From the NCBI GenBank assembly GCA_026770705.1, contig JANJGN010000002.1, forward strand, positions 38,936,001-39,000,000: DNA of 64,000 nt, read 5' to 3'. The stretch comes from Isurus oxyrinchus. Taxonomy: Eukaryota. Each line of letters opens with the position of its first letter. Positions within the stretch are counted from its first letter, which is position 1. Below are positions 63,050 to 64,000 of this stretch, piece by piece. The notes below the pieces were generated by a model that saw only the letters and a list, made by a program, of their open reading frames with translations, was not told the origin of the DNA and searched no databases. A program made the translations under genes and the position numbers.

Positions 63050-63570
63050 CATTAAACTATCAGAAATCGACATGCAAAGTGATCTCAAATAGGGTTACCT
63101 ACTGTCTGAAATGCTTAAGAGAGCAAATGGAAGCAGTCACATGCTACATTTTCTCAAGGAGCAGAAGCTGCTGACCTATTCACTATGTTTAACAGATAGG
63201 TAAGACCCATTGTTGAATAGGCAATGCCTGTTTGTAATGCTGGACTTAGCAAAGAGCATGTGAACAAGCTCAAAAGTGTTCAGAAACAAGCATGCAAACT
63301 GATCCTAGGTAACATGTACCAAAGCTACTTTGACATAATCAAACAACTGAATATGCATTCCCTTGCTGAAAGGTGGGAAAAGGTTTGTTTGGATAGAAAA
63401 CTCTGGAATGCCACCTCCCATTGCCACTATTTCTTGCCACAGCCAGACAAAAATAAATGTGCGATGGAGTTAAGGAGAAAATACACCATTCTGCAAATAA
63501 GATGTAGAACAAATAGACAATCAGACAGCCCAATTCGCTACTTTATAAAACTTATAAGTAGTATGTAAAT
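63050..63570 (+). mobile_element. L2/Crack-like LINE ORF2 C-terminal remnant
   Basis: RPIVE*A.PV..AGLS..KLKSVQKQACKLIL..RTNR..SPIRY. Confidence 0.6.
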
Positions 63571-63589
63571 GTTGAGAATTTAATGAACT

Positions 63590-64000
63590 CAACCTGACAG
63601 CATGTGGGAACTCCTGGATGCCAATGTGATCCAGGGCAAACATGCCTGTAGTAAGTGTTTGCGGCTCGAGGAACTTTGGTTCAGAGTCATTGAGCTGGAG
63701 GCCGAGCTGCGGACACTGCAACACATCAGGGAGGGGGAAAGTAACCTGGATGCTTTGTACCAGGAGGCAGTCAGAACCCTGAGGATGGGGTCTTCTGATT
63801 TTGTCAGTGGTGAGGGACAGGATGATGTAACTGTGAGTGAAGTAGGTAAAGGGACCCAGAGGGCAGGACTGCCAGAACCTCAGCCTTTGCAGTTGTCCAA
63901 AAGGTTTGAGGTTCTCTCAACTTGTTTGGATGAGGGTGGGGGCTGCAGGGTGGATGAGCTGATTGACCAAGGCACCATGGCACAGGAAGCCTTTCAAGCA
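63590..64000 (+). mobile_element. CR1 ORF1 N-terminal region (runs off the window)
   Basis: MWELLD..HACSKC..LEAELRTLQHIREGE..LSKRFEVL: Zn-finger and leucine zipper typical of CR1 ORF1. Confidence 0.75.

Overview
Eukaryotic, repeat-dense (probably intronic or intergenic) DNA. The mix of CR1, L2, RTE, tRNA-SINE, Harbinger/MITE, Gypsy and Penelope elements suggests a cartilaginous fish (inference). No host protein-coding gene is confidently identifiable; there is one candidate small exon at ~42.1-42.3 kb. The main structure is a young Penelope-like retroelement (PLE; RT plus C-terminal GIY-YIG). Its four insertions are all head-to-head inverted dimers (1.8 kb, 0.2 kb, 3.6 kb, 2.7 kb), each flanked by a ~14-bp target-site duplication. 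Each has one complete and one shortened 3' end, and each arm carries a minimal hammerhead-ribozyme motif with a non-canonical core (CUGUCGA in the young copies). Also notable are an ORF1-less APE-RT LINE with a tRNA-derived Pol III-type 5' head plus its internally deleted SINE, several nested insertions, and MITEs with conserved central hairpins. All calls were made by eye; boundaries of old repeats are approximate.
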